Assembly: GCA_943787795.1 (NCBI GenBank)
Contig: CALSNU010000001.1
Span: forward strand, 704,001 to 768,000
Direction of reading: 5' to 3'
Length of the DNA: 64,000 nucleotides
From: an uncultured bacterium
Lineage (GTDB): Bacteria > Planctomycetota > UBA1135 > GCA-002686595
Shown here piece by piece: positions 1-9,556 of this stretch. Each line of letters starts with the position of its first letter. Position 1 is the stretch's first letter. Both the position numbers and the translations under genes were made by a program. The notes below the pieces were generated by a model that made no database searches, was not told the origin of the DNA, and saw only the letters and a list, made by a program, of their open reading frames with translations.

Positions 1-2
1 GG

Positions 3-365
3 ATCTCCCACGGGGCCGCGCTCCTCGGCCCGCCCTCCTCGGAGCAATGGCTGGTCGAGGAGATGGACCAGGCCATTGAGGACGTCGTGGAGGACGGCCT
101 CGTCGGGGCCGATGTCTCCTGCTCATTCCTCGACGCGCTCGCCCAGGGCGCTGAGGTGAAGCACGAGGCGCTCGCTCGATCTTGCGTGGCCTTCAATCGA
201 CGGAGTCGTGATGAGCGGGTCGCCTTCTGGTCTCTCATGCTGGCGGCCGAACCCCTGGACGAGGCCTCGCGGCGACATGGGGTCAGCCCGACGGAGCTCG
301 CCCAGCGGTCGAAGAGGGTCCTCTCTGCGATGCTGCGGGCGGTTGCAGAGAGCGGTGCCGCATGA
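3..365 (+). CDS. 5'-truncated protein with C-terminal sigma-70 region-4-like HTH
   Basis: The frame is open from the window edge. The C-terminus (ERVAFWSLMLAAEPLDEASRRHGVSPTELAQRSKRVL) resembles a sigma region-4 HTH. The stop overlaps the next start (ATGA, 362-365). Confidence 0.5.
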   Translation: MSHGAALLGPPSSEQWLVEEMDQAIEDVVEDGLVGADVSCSFLDALAQGAEVKHEALARSCVAFNRRSRDERVAFWSLMLAAEPLDEASRRHGVSPTELAQRSKRVLSAMLRAVAESGAA

Positions 366-3166
366 CCAGCGCCTCAGAGCCACAGCCCCTCGAAGACGCT
401 GTCGACCTGCTGCTACCCGACGCTTCAAGTGGTGAACGGGAGGTCGCGAGGGGCCTCGCCGCGACCTTTCGGCTGGCGGCGATCGAGACCGCAGATACGC
501 GATCGCCGTCCACGGGGATCGAGCCTGGCTTGGCCTTGGCGGCGCTGCGCGAGCATGACCTGGTGGAGGCGCTGCTTGGGCTGCAGGACCTCATGATTCA
601 CCACGCGGCGCCCTGCCGTGGCAGCTCGTCCTTCGCGGTCCTGCCGCGACCCCGCGCGCCCTATACCGAGTCACTGCAGTCGCTCCTGAAGCTCCTCGGG
701 CGCCGCTCCGCCGACCTGCAGTTCCGCCTGCCGGCGCCAGAGACGCCGCAGCGGACCGCGCTTCAGGAGTTGCTCGAGGTGATGAACGCCTGGGTCCAGC
801 ACCCGGAGGCTCGCCAGGGACAGGTGGATCAGGCGAGACTGTGGGAGGCCCGCTGCCTTCACAACGACGGCGAGTTATCAGGTTCCCGTGAACTGCTCGA
901 GGAGATCTTGAGAGGCCTCGCGGGCGCCAACGATCGGGGGACCCGCAGGTTGCGGGCTGACGTGCTGGCGGAGCTGGTGTCGCTGCACATGGATGAAGGC
1001 GACCTCGAGCAGGCGAAGGCCACGGTCGCCCGCGGCGGCCCATCGCCGAGGCAGCCGGCCGACGTGCGCTGGAACCTGGACGCGCTGGCTCTGGCCATCG
1101 AGTGGCTCATGGGGGGCGCGACCTTCCCGGCGCTCGATGACGCCTTCGTCCGCTCGGGGTTCGACGTGCCCGGAGGTTGGCGGGAGGTCCTGCAGCGCGC
1201 TGAGCCTCAGCGGACGGCGGCACAGCGGGCTCCGCTGCAAGCGGAGGTGAACGCGACGGGCGGTCACCGTCTCTCTCTCCCGAGTCGTTCGGAGCTCGGC
1301 GCTCAGGCGGTGATCTTTCTGGTCATCGATGATCAGGGGCGACTGCGCAGGGGCGCTGCAGATGTGGCGCCGGCGCTCGAGGGGGAGGTGGACCGGTGGC
1401 TCCGCCGGTGTTGTCATGCCGACGGGGAGTCTCGCTCGATCCCGCAGGCGGCGCTGCGCGAGTCCGCTCCGGTGATCGTCATGTCTGGAGCGCCAGGGGC
1501 TGGCTCCGACGAGAGCCTGCAGCGCTCATGTATCGACGCCGAGCGTGGTTGCCCCAAGGGGGTCATTGCGCTGCCTCTCGAGCAGGGGCATGAGGTCGTG
1601 GGGCTGCTCTGGATGGAGTTTGCGAGCCGCATGCTCCCGGGGGCTGCTCGCCTTCAATCCGTCGCTGACCAGGCGGTCGGCCATCCGCTGCTTCGCCATC
1701 GGGTGGGAGCCGCGGTTCGCTTGGCCGAGGAGAATGTCGGGCCGCTGGCGCTTGAGGAGCAGTGGGTACGAACGGACCTTCGTCGCCTCTGGGCCGAGCT
1801 TGTTGAGGAGCTGGCGCTCAAGACCGCCGAGCGACGCTGGGTTGCGTTTCAGCGCGTCGGGTCTTCCGGTGACCTGATCCCTGTCGCGGGCGGTGGCGAG
1901 GGCGGAGGCCGCCTCGGGGAGCCCAGCAACGGGGGGCTTTGGGCCATCCGGCGGGTGCTTGCGGGAGGGGGATACCTCCGTTACGAGGGCGATCAGGACG
2001 GTGAACGCTCCTCCATGCTGCACCCTGGCGCCGCCGCAGGCGTGGCGGTCGCGGTCCCGGGCTTCTCGGGTGTTGAGGCCGTGCTCATCATCGAATCAGC
2101 GCGCCACGGCGACAGTCGCGAGCGAGACGCCGCGCGCTGGGCCAAGGCGCTGGAGGGCCGATCAGACGTGCTCCAGTGCGGGGCCCTGGACCATCGCGAT
2201 CGAGTCCGCAAGGGGGGCGGCCTCGTCCTTGACTCCAGGGCACCCGACGAGCTGAAGCGGCTGACCCAGATCCAGGTGCTCGCCAGTAATCGCACGGATC
2301 TCATCATCCGTGGCGAGGCGGGGAGCGGACGACGGACGATCGCCCGAGCCGTCCATCATGCTCGGCATGCGCGGAGTGGCCGCGACGATCTCGTCCAGTT
2401 GTCGAGCTTCGGGCTGCAGCCGGGCGACCTGGAGCGGGCGTTCTCCGACGACGCGGTCGAGACCGTGGTGTTGACCGATGTCGGGCGTTTGAGCGTCGAT
2501 GGCCAGGTGACCCTCGCGCAGCTTCTGGGCCGAGGTATCCAGGATCGCCCGCGGCTCGTTGCAACGGGGTCGAGCCCGATCGCGAGGGAAGGCGCGTCCT
2601 TTGAAGACTCGGACCGGGCGGGCGCCGCGGAGCCGCCTGGGCTGGCCCGTCACCCGGACCTGTATCGGAACCTCGAGCGGGTCGCGGTCCTGGTTCCGCC
2701 GCTGCGCCACGTTCGGCACCGGATCCCGGGGCTGGCGCGGTCCCTCGCCGCGCGCTGGGAGCGGAGCGCCAGACCCGGAGTCCCGATGCTCTGGTCCGAG
2801 GAGTCCGATGAGGTCGAAGCGGTCCTTTGGCGTCAGCCCTGGGAGGGGAACGCCGTCGAGTTGGAGGCGGTGGTCCGTCAGGCGCTCCTCCGCGCCGAGG
2901 GCGCCGCGGTGGGGGTCGCAGGCCTCATGGCGGCATTCAGAGATGTGGGGCTGACCCCTGTCTCGCGGCTCTCCTCGCGCAGCCCTGAGGTACGAGACGT
3001 CGCCTCCGCGCTGTGGACCACCCGGACGGCCACGGGGCGCGTGAACAAGACCAAGGCGGCGACCTACTGTGGCTGGGACCCGAACACATTGACGGCACGC
3101 CTGCGCGACATGGGGATCTCAGACCTCGGGGACGTCGAGCGCTTGCTGGCGGATTCGCCGACCTGA
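362..3166 (+). CDS. Large sigma54-interaction (NtrC/FhlA-like) domain protein with GAF-like regions and C-terminal HTH; degenerate ATPase motifs
   Basis: LIIRGEAGSGRRTIARAVH (Walker A-like), VPPLR, QPWEGNAVELEAVV (WPGNxREL-like), NKTKAATYCGWDPNTL (Fis-type HTH). Confidence 0.7.
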   Translation: MTSASEPQPLEDAVDLLLPDASSGEREVARGLAATFRLAAIETADTRSPSTGIEPGLALAALREHDLVEALLGLQDLMIHHAAPCRGSSSFAVLPRPRAPYTESLQSLLKLLGRRSADLQFRLPAPETPQRTALQELLEVMNAWVQHPEARQGQVDQARLWEARCLHNDGELSGSRELLEEILRGLAGANDRGTRRLRADVLAELVSLHMDEGDLEQAKATVARGGPSPRQPADVRWNLDALALAIEWLMGGATFPALDDAFVRSGFDVPGGWREVLQRAEPQRTAAQRAPLQAEVNATGGHRLSLPSRSELGAQAVIFLVIDDQGRLRRGAADVAPALEGEVDRWLRRCCHADGESRSIPQAALRESAPVIVMSGAPGAGSDESLQRSCIDAERGCPKGVIALPLEQGHEVVGLLWMEFASRMLPGAARLQSVADQAVGHPLLRHRVGAAVRLAEENVGPLALEEQWVRTDLRRLWAELVEELALKTAERRWVAFQRVGSSGDLIPVAGGGEGGGRLGEPSNGGLWAIRRVLAGGGYLRYEGDQDGERSSMLHPGAAAGVAVAVPGFSGVEAVLIIESARHGDSRERDAARWAKALEGRSDVLQCGALDHRDRVRKGGGLVLDSRAPDELKRLTQIQVLASNRTDLIIRGEAGSGRRTIARAVHHARHARSGRDDLVQLSSFGLQPGDLERAFSDDAVETVVLTDVGRLSVDGQVTLAQLLGRGIQDRPRLVATGSSPIAREGASFEDSDRAGAAEPPGLARHPDLYRNLERVAVLVPPLRHVRHRIPGLARSLAARWERSARPGVPMLWSEESDEVEAVLWRQPWEGNAVELEAVVRQALLRAEGAAVGVAGLMAAFRDVGLTPVSRLSSRSPEVRDVASALWTTRTATGRVNKTKAATYCGWDPNTLTARLRDMGISDLGDVERLLADSPT

Positions 3167-3298
3167 GGCGGCCCCCCTTCGGCGAGCTTGCCCGCTAGGA
3201 TCTCGGCCCCACCCAGCCCTGGTCCGGCGCCGATCACGGTCCCGCCCCTGGCTCTGATCCAGGCCTCGATCTCGGCTCTGAGCGCCGAGTTGTCCACG

Positions 3299-4372
3299 TT
3301 GCGCACCACAGACTTCGACTTCCAGCTTCCGGTCGAGCGTATTGCCCAGGAGCCCGTGGAGCCCCGCGATGCCGCGCGACTCCTCGTTCGCGACTCCGCC
3401 AATGGGGGAGAGCTTCGCCACGGGCAGGTGAAGGACCTGCCGGACTTCCTGCGGGCCGGTGATCTGTTGGTCGTCAACGACACGCGTGTTCTTCCTGCGC
3501 GGGTGATCGGGAGGCGCGCCACCGGGGGGCAGGTCGAGCTGCTGTTCCTCCAACCGGACGCGGCCTTCGCGCATGAGCAGGGCTGGCGGGCGATGGTTCG
3601 TCCTGCGAAGAAGCTCAAGCCCGGCGAACGGGTGGAGTGCCAGGCTGGGGTGGTCGCCCGGATGCTGGAGCGATCCAGCGAAGACGGCACGTGGGCGGTG
3701 ACCCTTGAAGGCGAGGACGGAGAGGTCCGGCCGGTCGAGGAGTGGCTCGCCCGATGCGGGGTGATGCCGCTGCCGCCATACATCCAGCGCGCCGCGAGGG
3801 CAGAGGACTCAGCGCGCTACCAGACCGTCTACGCCTCGGAGCCGGGAGCTGTGGCAGCGCCTACCGCGGGGCTGCACTTCACGGACAGGCTCCTCGCGAG
3901 GCTCAAGGAGCGCGGCGTGGACGTCGCCCGCGTCACTCTCCACGTCGGGGCTGGGACGTTCTTGCCCGTGACCGCCGACCGGCTGGAGGATCACGCCATG
4001 CACTCCGAGCGCTACGAACTCTCCGCGGACTGCGAGCGGGCTGTGCGCCGGGCCCGGGTGGCCGGGGGCCGGGTCATCGCGGTCGGGACGACCAGCGCGC
4101 GGGTGCTGGAGTCGTGCCGGGCGGGCGACGGAGAGGAGTCCCCCGCTGGCGTCGAGGCAGGACGCGGGGAAACCCGGATCTTCCTCCATCCCGGCCACGG
4201 GCCGGCCGTCTGTGACGGCATCTTCACCAACTTCCATCTCCCCAAGAGCACGCTCGTGATGCTCGTCGCGTCGTTCATCGGGACAGCTGAGACGCTGGCC
4301 ATGTACCGCGCCGCGATAGAGGCCGAGTACCGGTTCTATAGCTACGGAGACGCGACCCTGGTGTTGCGCTGA
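3299..4372 (+). CDS. queA: S-adenosylmethionine:tRNA ribosyltransferase-isomerase
   Basis: DFDFQLPVERIAQEP, VVNDTRV, MPLPPYI, AVAAPTAGLHFT, TNFHLPKSTL, YRFYSYGDA. Start taken at TTG 3299. Confidence 0.97.
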   Translation: MRTTDFDFQLPVERIAQEPVEPRDAARLLVRDSANGGELRHGQVKDLPDFLRAGDLLVVNDTRVLPARVIGRRATGGQVELLFLQPDAAFAHEQGWRAMVRPAKKLKPGERVECQAGVVARMLERSSEDGTWAVTLEGEDGEVRPVEEWLARCGVMPLPPYIQRAARAEDSARYQTVYASEPGAVAAPTAGLHFTDRLLARLKERGVDVARVTLHVGAGTFLPVTADRLEDHAMHSERYELSADCERAVRRARVAGGRVIAVGTTSARVLESCRAGDGEESPAGVEAGRGETRIFLHPGHGPAVCDGIFTNFHLPKSTLVMLVASFIGTAETLAMYRAAIEAEYRFYSYGDATLVLR

Positions 4373-4379
4373 GCGGCGC

Positions 4380-5117
4380 TCACTCGTCGCCGCTGCTGAG
4401 CAAGGTCCGCAGACCTCTCGCGGCGAGACCGGGGTCCTCGGCGCTCAGGATCGCCGAGCCGACAGCGGCCCTGCCGACCCGGTCGAGCTGATCTGCGTTG
4501 GAGAGATTGATCCCGCCGATGGGGAAGACGGGCGCAGTAGATGACGCTGCAGCTAGCCAGGCACGCTCGGGGCCCACGATGGCGGGCTGCCCGATCGCAG
4601 CCGTGCTCTGGAGGTACCCCTTGGTGGAGGTGGGAAACACGGGGCCGAAGCCGAGCATGTCGACGGGTTCGTCGAGGGCCGCCGCGAGCTCCGCGGCGTG
4701 GTGGGTGGACAAGCCGATCACTTGGTCCGCGGCCAGCACTCCCCGGGCGACGGCCGGAGGCGTATCCGATGCGCCCACGTGGACGCCGTCCAATCCTTCC
4801 GGGGCGAGGGCCGCGGCGACATCGACGCGGTCGTTCACCATGACCAGGGGGGGCATTGCCAGGTCGCTCGCTGCACGCATGGCGAGGACCTTGCGGCACC
4901 AGTGGGCCGCGTCTCGGGCGCCCGTGATCGTCGCTCCCTTGGGGGCGCCAGGGGCTCGATCTCCAAGCACCTTGGGGCGCACCTGGATCACGTCCACGAA
5001 GGGAAGCGCGCGCTCCAGAGACTCCAGCGCAGCCTCACCGGCGAGGTCCGGCGTGAAGATGAGCAGCAGCGTCGCGTCCCGTAGACGAGCCCGCCGCTGA
5101 TCATGGCTCAGCAGCAT
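4380..5117 (-). CDS. thiE: Thiamine phosphate synthase
   Basis: IQVRPK, VNDRVDVA, GVHVG, GLSTH, GPVFPTSTK, IGGI. Start taken at ATG 5117, overlapping the upstream gene's stop. Confidence 0.88.
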   Translation of the reverse strand: MLLSHDQRRARLRDATLLLIFTPDLAGEAALESLERALPFVDVIQVRPKVLGDRAPGAPKGATITGARDAAHWCRKVLAMRAASDLAMPPLVMVNDRVDVAAALAPEGLDGVHVGASDTPPAVARGVLAADQVIGLSTHHAAELAAALDEPVDMLGFGPVFPTSTKGYLQSTAAIGQPAIVGPERAWLAAASSTAPVFPIGGINLSNADQLDRVGRAAVGSAILSAEDPGLAARGLRTLLSSGDE

Positions 5118-6316
5118 GACGACCCGCCGCCCGGAGAGGGTTCGCAGCAGGCACTCGTGCCCGGCGCGACCTCGGCCTGGGCGACCCCTTGCTTGGTCTC
5201 CGCGGCGCCTCGGGGAGAGTTGGTCCGGCAGTTGAACGGCGTCGCCTCGGAGGGCTGGACCTCGAGGAGAGGGGGGACCGGGATGAACTGATCGGCGTAG
5301 GGCTCGCTCGTGTAGATCTCGAAGGTCTTGCGGCACACAGCACTCCGGACGCCACGGGTCAGCGTGTGCCCATCATCGTCAATGACCTTCTTCCACGGGC
5401 CCTTGTAGATGACGGCCTCGCGGTAGTCGTCGCATGGGCCCTCCTTCCCCTTGCGTGCAAGCACGGTCATCGACCGGAACTCGATCCCGTTGACGACGGC
5501 CCAGGGCTCCGACTGATAGCTGACGATCTCGACTCCATACAGGCCGGCGTCAGCGAAGGCCTGCAGGAAGCGATCCTCGCGCATGGCACCGGAAATGCAC
5601 CCAGACCACAGCTCGGGGTCGCGCTGCATCTCCTCGGGGACATCCTCGTCCGAGACGATGTCGCTGATGGCGGCGCGCCCGCCGCGCTTCAGCACCCGGT
5701 GGATCTCGGCGAACATCCTGGGCTTGTCGGCGGGATCGACGAGGTTGAGGACGCAGTTGGAGAGCACCACGTCGACGGACTCATCCGCGACCATCGGGGT
5801 GGACTCGCGGAGGACACGGCGCTGCTGCTCGAGGGCGGCCAGGCTCTGAACATCCTGAACCGGATGCTCCACGAGCCACGCTTCCAGCGCATCATGGTCC
5901 AGGCGAAGATCCTGGATGTGGCCGCGCCGGAAGTCGACGTTGTGCCACCCGATGCGCTCGCCAACGGACTGCTGGTGGGCCCGAGCGAGGGCGAGCATCT
6001 CGTCCGTGGTATCGACACCGATCACCTGGCCCGTCGGACCGACGATCTGGCTGGCCATGTAGCAGATCTTTCCAGCTCCCGAGCCCAGGTCGAGCACCAC
6101 CTCACCCTCTCGGACGAATCGGCTGGGGTCACCGCAGCCGTAGTCGCGATCCACGATCTCTGGTGGGAGGACCGCGAGGAGCGACGCGTCGTAGTCGACC
6201 GGACAGCAAAGCTCGGGGACCTGCTGGTGTGCGCCTTCTGCATACCGAGCGCGGACCGTTTCGAGGGTGGAGTCGGGGTGCCTGGACGTCGTCGGGGGGG
6301 GGCTGGTGTGGCTCAT
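5108..6316 (-). CDS. Arsenite methyltransferase (ArsM)-like SAM-dependent methyltransferase
   Basis: LCCP, DYGCGDP, VLDLGSGAG, SNCVLNL, WSGCISGA and a Cys-pair tail (ACC...SSCC). GGGAGA lies before ATG 6316. Confidence 0.8.
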   Translation of the reverse strand: MSHTSPPPTTSRHPDSTLETVRARYAEGAHQQVPELCCPVDYDASLLAVLPPEIVDRDYGCGDPSRFVREGEVVLDLGSGAGKICYMASQIVGPTGQVIGVDTTDEMLALARAHQQSVGERIGWHNVDFRRGHIQDLRLDHDALEAWLVEHPVQDVQSLAALEQQRRVLRESTPMVADESVDVVLSNCVLNLVDPADKPRMFAEIHRVLKRGGRAAISDIVSDEDVPEEMQRDPELWSGCISGAMREDRFLQAFADAGLYGVEIVSYQSEPWAVVNGIEFRSMTVLARKGKEGPCDDYREAVIYKGPWKKVIDDDGHTLTRGVRSAVCRKTFEIYTSEPYADQFIPVPPLLEVQPSEATPFNCRTNSPRGAAETKQGVAQAEVAPGTSACCEPSPGGGSSCC

Positions 6317-6401
6317 CTCTCCCGTCTTGTAACGCCTGCTGGCCCTCCGTAGCAGGTCCAACTCGCATGTCCCGCACGCACGCCCTCATGGACAAGGTGA
6401 A

Positions 6402-6431
6402 CGGCCCGCGAGTCAGGAGACTCGCGGGCCG
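6402..6431 (-). terminator. Stem-loop, putative terminator downstream of the 6488-6718 gene
   Basis: Perfect 13-bp inverted repeat cggcccgcgagtc-agga-gactcgcgggccg, followed by TT on the minus strand. Confidence 0.6.
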
Positions 6432-6487
6432 ATCGGGGGGGGGGTCCTGGTCGCTCCTCGGGGGAGCGGTCTCGTGGCGGCGTTGGG

Positions 6488-6718
6488 TCAGGCCGAATCG
6501 CGACGGCCTTTCTGGGGACTGGCCTTCTTCCGGCGTCGGCCGGGCTTGCGCGCCTCCATCTTCTCGGAGAACGCAATCCAGTCCTCTTCACTGAACAGGC
6601 GCACCTCTGCGCCGCATTGGGCGCAGAAGGACTTGTCGATGCTCATCAGGTAGGAGACGTAGCCATCACAGGCCGAGCACCACTTGCGGTCGTTCTGAAA
6701 GTCGGAGAGGAAGTCCAT
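6488..6718 (-). CDS. Small zinc-ribbon protein with basic C-terminal tail
   Basis: 76 aa; CSAC...CAQC and a tail RKPGRRRKK. Confidence 0.7.
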   Translation of the reverse strand: MDFLSDFQNDRKWCSACDGYVSYLMSIDKSFCAQCGAEVRLFSEEDWIAFSEKMEARKPGRRRKKASPQKGRRDSA

Positions 6719-6732
6719 CGCCCCAGACAGAA

Positions 6733-6748
6733 AGCACGCGCCATGCCA
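6733..6748 (-). promoter_or_regulatory. Putative sigma54 (-24/-12) promoter
   Basis: Minus strand TGGCATGGCGCGTGCT compared with consensus TGGCACG-N4-TTGCW: correct GG-N10-GC spacing, just upstream of ATG 6718. Confidence 0.55.
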
Positions 6749-7027
6749 CCTTGACTTGGAGTGGGTGGTATGCGCTCAAGTGTATGACCTGTAGTGCTTT
6801 AGGGTGAATCGTGGTCGACCTTCGCGGCGGGGGGCATGTCCACGGAACTCGACGTGCCTCAGCGCTGCGGCGGCCGATCGGGGCCCACCAGGTGTCTTGT
6901 CCCAGGACACGTGGTCGCTCGCAGCAGCCGTCCCGGGCGCATACGGGGCGCCGCGTTGCGTCTGGTGGACACGCCTGCGCCGTGTCCAATCTCGGCAACA
7001 TGGGCTCGGGCTCCCCGCGGGAGTGGC

Positions 7028-8206
7028 TCAGCCCTCGAGGTCGAGGGACGCGCGCATGTCCCGCGCGGCTCCCCCGTCGATCTCGCGACCGAGGGCCCGC
7101 GAGATCGCGGCCCTCACCCCGGCGTCTTCCAGGTGCCCAGCTGCGAGGGCCCAGGCCGAGGCGGCCCGCACGGTGGGGGAGGGATCGGCCTCAACGGACG
7201 CGAGGAGCGCGTCGAGGCCCGACTCGGACGGGTGGTTCCCGAGAACAATGGCGGCGTTGCGTGCGAGCCCCTCTCGCTTCGGTCGACGGAGGGGAGAGCC
7301 ACGCCAGCGATCCTTGTGTCCTGCGTCATCCGGCTCCTCCCGGCCGATGGTGAGGAGGTCCACCAGGGTGCCCCCCTGGCCGGCTCCTTCTTCGAATGCC
7401 GTCCGGGTCCCGAAGCGCTCCGAGAGGTCCGGCGCCTTCGACCCCCAAGGGCAGACCTCGGAGCAAACATCGCAGCCGAATGCCCACTCCCCCGCCTGGC
7501 TTCGCAGGCCATGGGCCACCAGGCCGCGATGCTCGATCGTGTGGTAGCTGATGCAACGGGTAGCGTCGACCCGGCCGGGCTCGATGATGGCGGCGGTGGG
7601 GCAAGCGTCGATGCAGGCGGTGCAGGTCCCGCAGGAGGGCACCCTGGCGGGAGCGGTCGTCGGGCTCAGGTCCAGATCGAGGATGAGCTCGCCGAGGAAG
7701 AACCAGGGGCCAAGGCGGACGTCGAGCAGGTTGGCCGCCTTGCTGGGCGCTCCGAGACCGCCAGCGGCTGCGTGGCTCCGCTCGAGGAGGGGAGTCGCGT
7801 CGACGAACGCCGAGCCCGGCGATGCCAGCCCTTCGCGGAGCAAGGCTCGGCGCAGGCGCCCCAGCATCTTGGAGATGACATTGTGGTAGTCGCGACCCGC
7901 GGCGTACCTCGCGACTCGGCCACCTCCGGGGAGGTGGAGAGCCGGTCGCGAGTGGCCGAGGCCGACGACGAGGAGTGACTTCCCTGCCGGCCACTGGGTG
8001 CGGGGGTCCACGGTCGCCGCCCGACCTCGCTCGAGGTACTCCATGGTCCCGTGGTGGTTCTCATCGATCCACGCGTCGAATCGCGCGGCGTCCGGGGGCG
8101 GGCCAAAGGGCGCGATCCCCACGAGATCGAAGCCCATCTCTCGGGCCTGTTCGAGGACCAGCGAGCGGCGGCTCTCCGGTGAGTACTGGTGTGGGGGAGG
8201 GGTCAT
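7028..8206 (-). CDS. queG: Epoxyqueuosine reductase
   Basis: GRVARYAAGRDYH, VDATPLLER, CGTCTACIDACPT, RCISYHTIE, FGCDVCSEVCPW, RNAAIVLGN. Start taken at ATG 8206. Confidence 0.95.
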   Translation of the reverse strand: MTPPPHQYSPESRRSLVLEQAREMGFDLVGIAPFGPPPDAARFDAWIDENHHGTMEYLERGRAATVDPRTQWPAGKSLLVVGLGHSRPALHLPGGGRVARYAAGRDYHNVISKMLGRLRRALLREGLASPGSAFVDATPLLERSHAAAGGLGAPSKAANLLDVRLGPWFFLGELILDLDLSPTTAPARVPSCGTCTACIDACPTAAIIEPGRVDATRCISYHTIEHRGLVAHGLRSQAGEWAFGCDVCSEVCPWGSKAPDLSERFGTRTAFEEGAGQGGTLVDLLTIGREEPDDAGHKDRWRGSPLRRPKREGLARNAAIVLGNHPSESGLDALLASVEADPSPTVRAASAWALAAGHLEDAGVRAAISRALGREIDGGAARDMRASLDLEG

Positions 8207-8671
8207 TCTCGAGGCCTTTGGCACGGGCACTCTCGCGCGATTGGAGCGAATGGGCGTTCGGATACCGCCCACGATGCGCTCAAAAGTGCCTCGGCGCGAG
8301 ACTCTACCCCCCCTCCTAACCCCCTTGGAGGTATCTGCTTGCAGTTCCGCGTCGAGCCGAGCTGTGCGGAAATGCCCGCCCAGGTGCCCCCCCCTCGAAA
8401 CCGCGGCCCTCGCCGCCGCTACTTCACGTAGCTCTTTCACTTCCCGTCGAACGGCGCCCGCTCCAGGCGCTCGTCGCGGGAAGGCTGGTCCGAACGTGCC
8501 CCGCCCGTGAGATCTCGCTCGCTCCCCTGAGCGGCGTTTTGAGAAGCACGGCGGTTCTCTACCTTCGGACCCGCCAATTTTAAAACCCACGCTAGCCTCG
8601 AACTTCCCCGAGTCACCGCGGCGCTCCCCCAGCGCGCCACGGATCACTGACACGTCGAGCCCTCCCCAAAG

Positions 8672-9556
8672 ATGCAGTCCCAGAACGTCCTTCACGCCAG
8701 CCCCCTTGCCGAGGAGAACGGCAAGGCCCGGTTGCGGTCGAGGATTGGTGAGCTGGGACGGGGTGAGCTGGACGCCGAGGATCGCGCGCGGCTCGAGGCG
8801 GTCTTTTCGGATGACGGACTCGTCCATGATGAGCTCCGCGACAGCCTGAGCACCGCGCTCATGGATGGGTTTCGGAAGTCCAGCGGGCGGGCTGTGTTCG
8901 GCCTGCTCTACGAGCTGAACGCGGGTCACATCATCGTTCAGGTCGCGGGCCGGCTCCGCCGCTATGGCAGCAAGGCGGACCCGGGCGACGTCTTGCAGGA
9001 GGTCTTCTTCAACGTCTTCCGCTATCCCCACCGCTTCGACGCATCGAGGCCAGATGCGTTCCGCGTCTGGACGGCGATGATCGTCAGGAACACCGTGCTC
9101 AAGCACATGCGCTCCCGAAGCACCGGCGGGAATCGCATGGAAATCGCGCTGGAGGATCTCTCCGATCAGCCGGTGGACGGTGCCCACACGCCCCTCACGG
9201 GAGCGTTGGACACCGAGGCCTCCGAGGAATGCTCGCGGGCCTTCATCGTCTACCTCCAGCTCTACATGCAGTTCTACACCATGCTCTCGGAGCGGGAGCG
9301 GCGAGCACTGCACCTCGTTGAAGTGGACGGTGTCAGCTATCGCGAGGCGGCCGAGGATCTGGAGATCAAGCTCGAGAACCTGAAGATGGTGATCTTCAGG
9401 GCGCGAAGGAAGATCCATCGAGCTATGCGGCGTGTCTTCGAGGGGCTCACCCCGGACTGCCGGCCCGCTCGCGTCGGGCGGTGCAAGGACGCTTCTGAGG
9501 CGCCAGGCCATCGTTCCTCATCCTGCGACACCCTCGATGCACCGGGCGCAACCTGA
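8672..9556 (+). CDS. ECF-type RNA polymerase sigma-70 factor
   Basis: Region 2 (DVLQEVFFNVFR...FRVWTAMIVRNTVLKHMR) and region 4 (LSERERRALHLVEVDGVSYREAAEDL...IFRARRKI). Confidence 0.88.
   Translation: MQSQNVLHASPLAEENGKARLRSRIGELGRGELDAEDRARLEAVFSDDGLVHDELRDSLSTALMDGFRKSSGRAVFGLLYELNAGHIIVQVAGRLRRYGSKADPGDVLQEVFFNVFRYPHRFDASRPDAFRVWTAMIVRNTVLKHMRSRSTGGNRMEIALEDLSDQPVDGAHTPLTGALDTEASEECSRAFIVYLQLYMQFYTMLSERERRALHLVEVDGVSYREAAEDLEIKLENLKMVIFRARRKIHRAMRRVFEGLTPDCRPARVGRCKDASEAPGHRSSSCDTLDAPGAT

Noticed and set aside
8219..8234. TGGCACG sigma54 -24 element
   Set aside because: No GC at the -12 position.
8207..9511. N-terminal extension of the 827-aa ORF containing queG
   Set aside because: It is antisense to the ECF sigma gene. 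QueG similarity starts only near 8206, and stop codons are scarce at this GC content.
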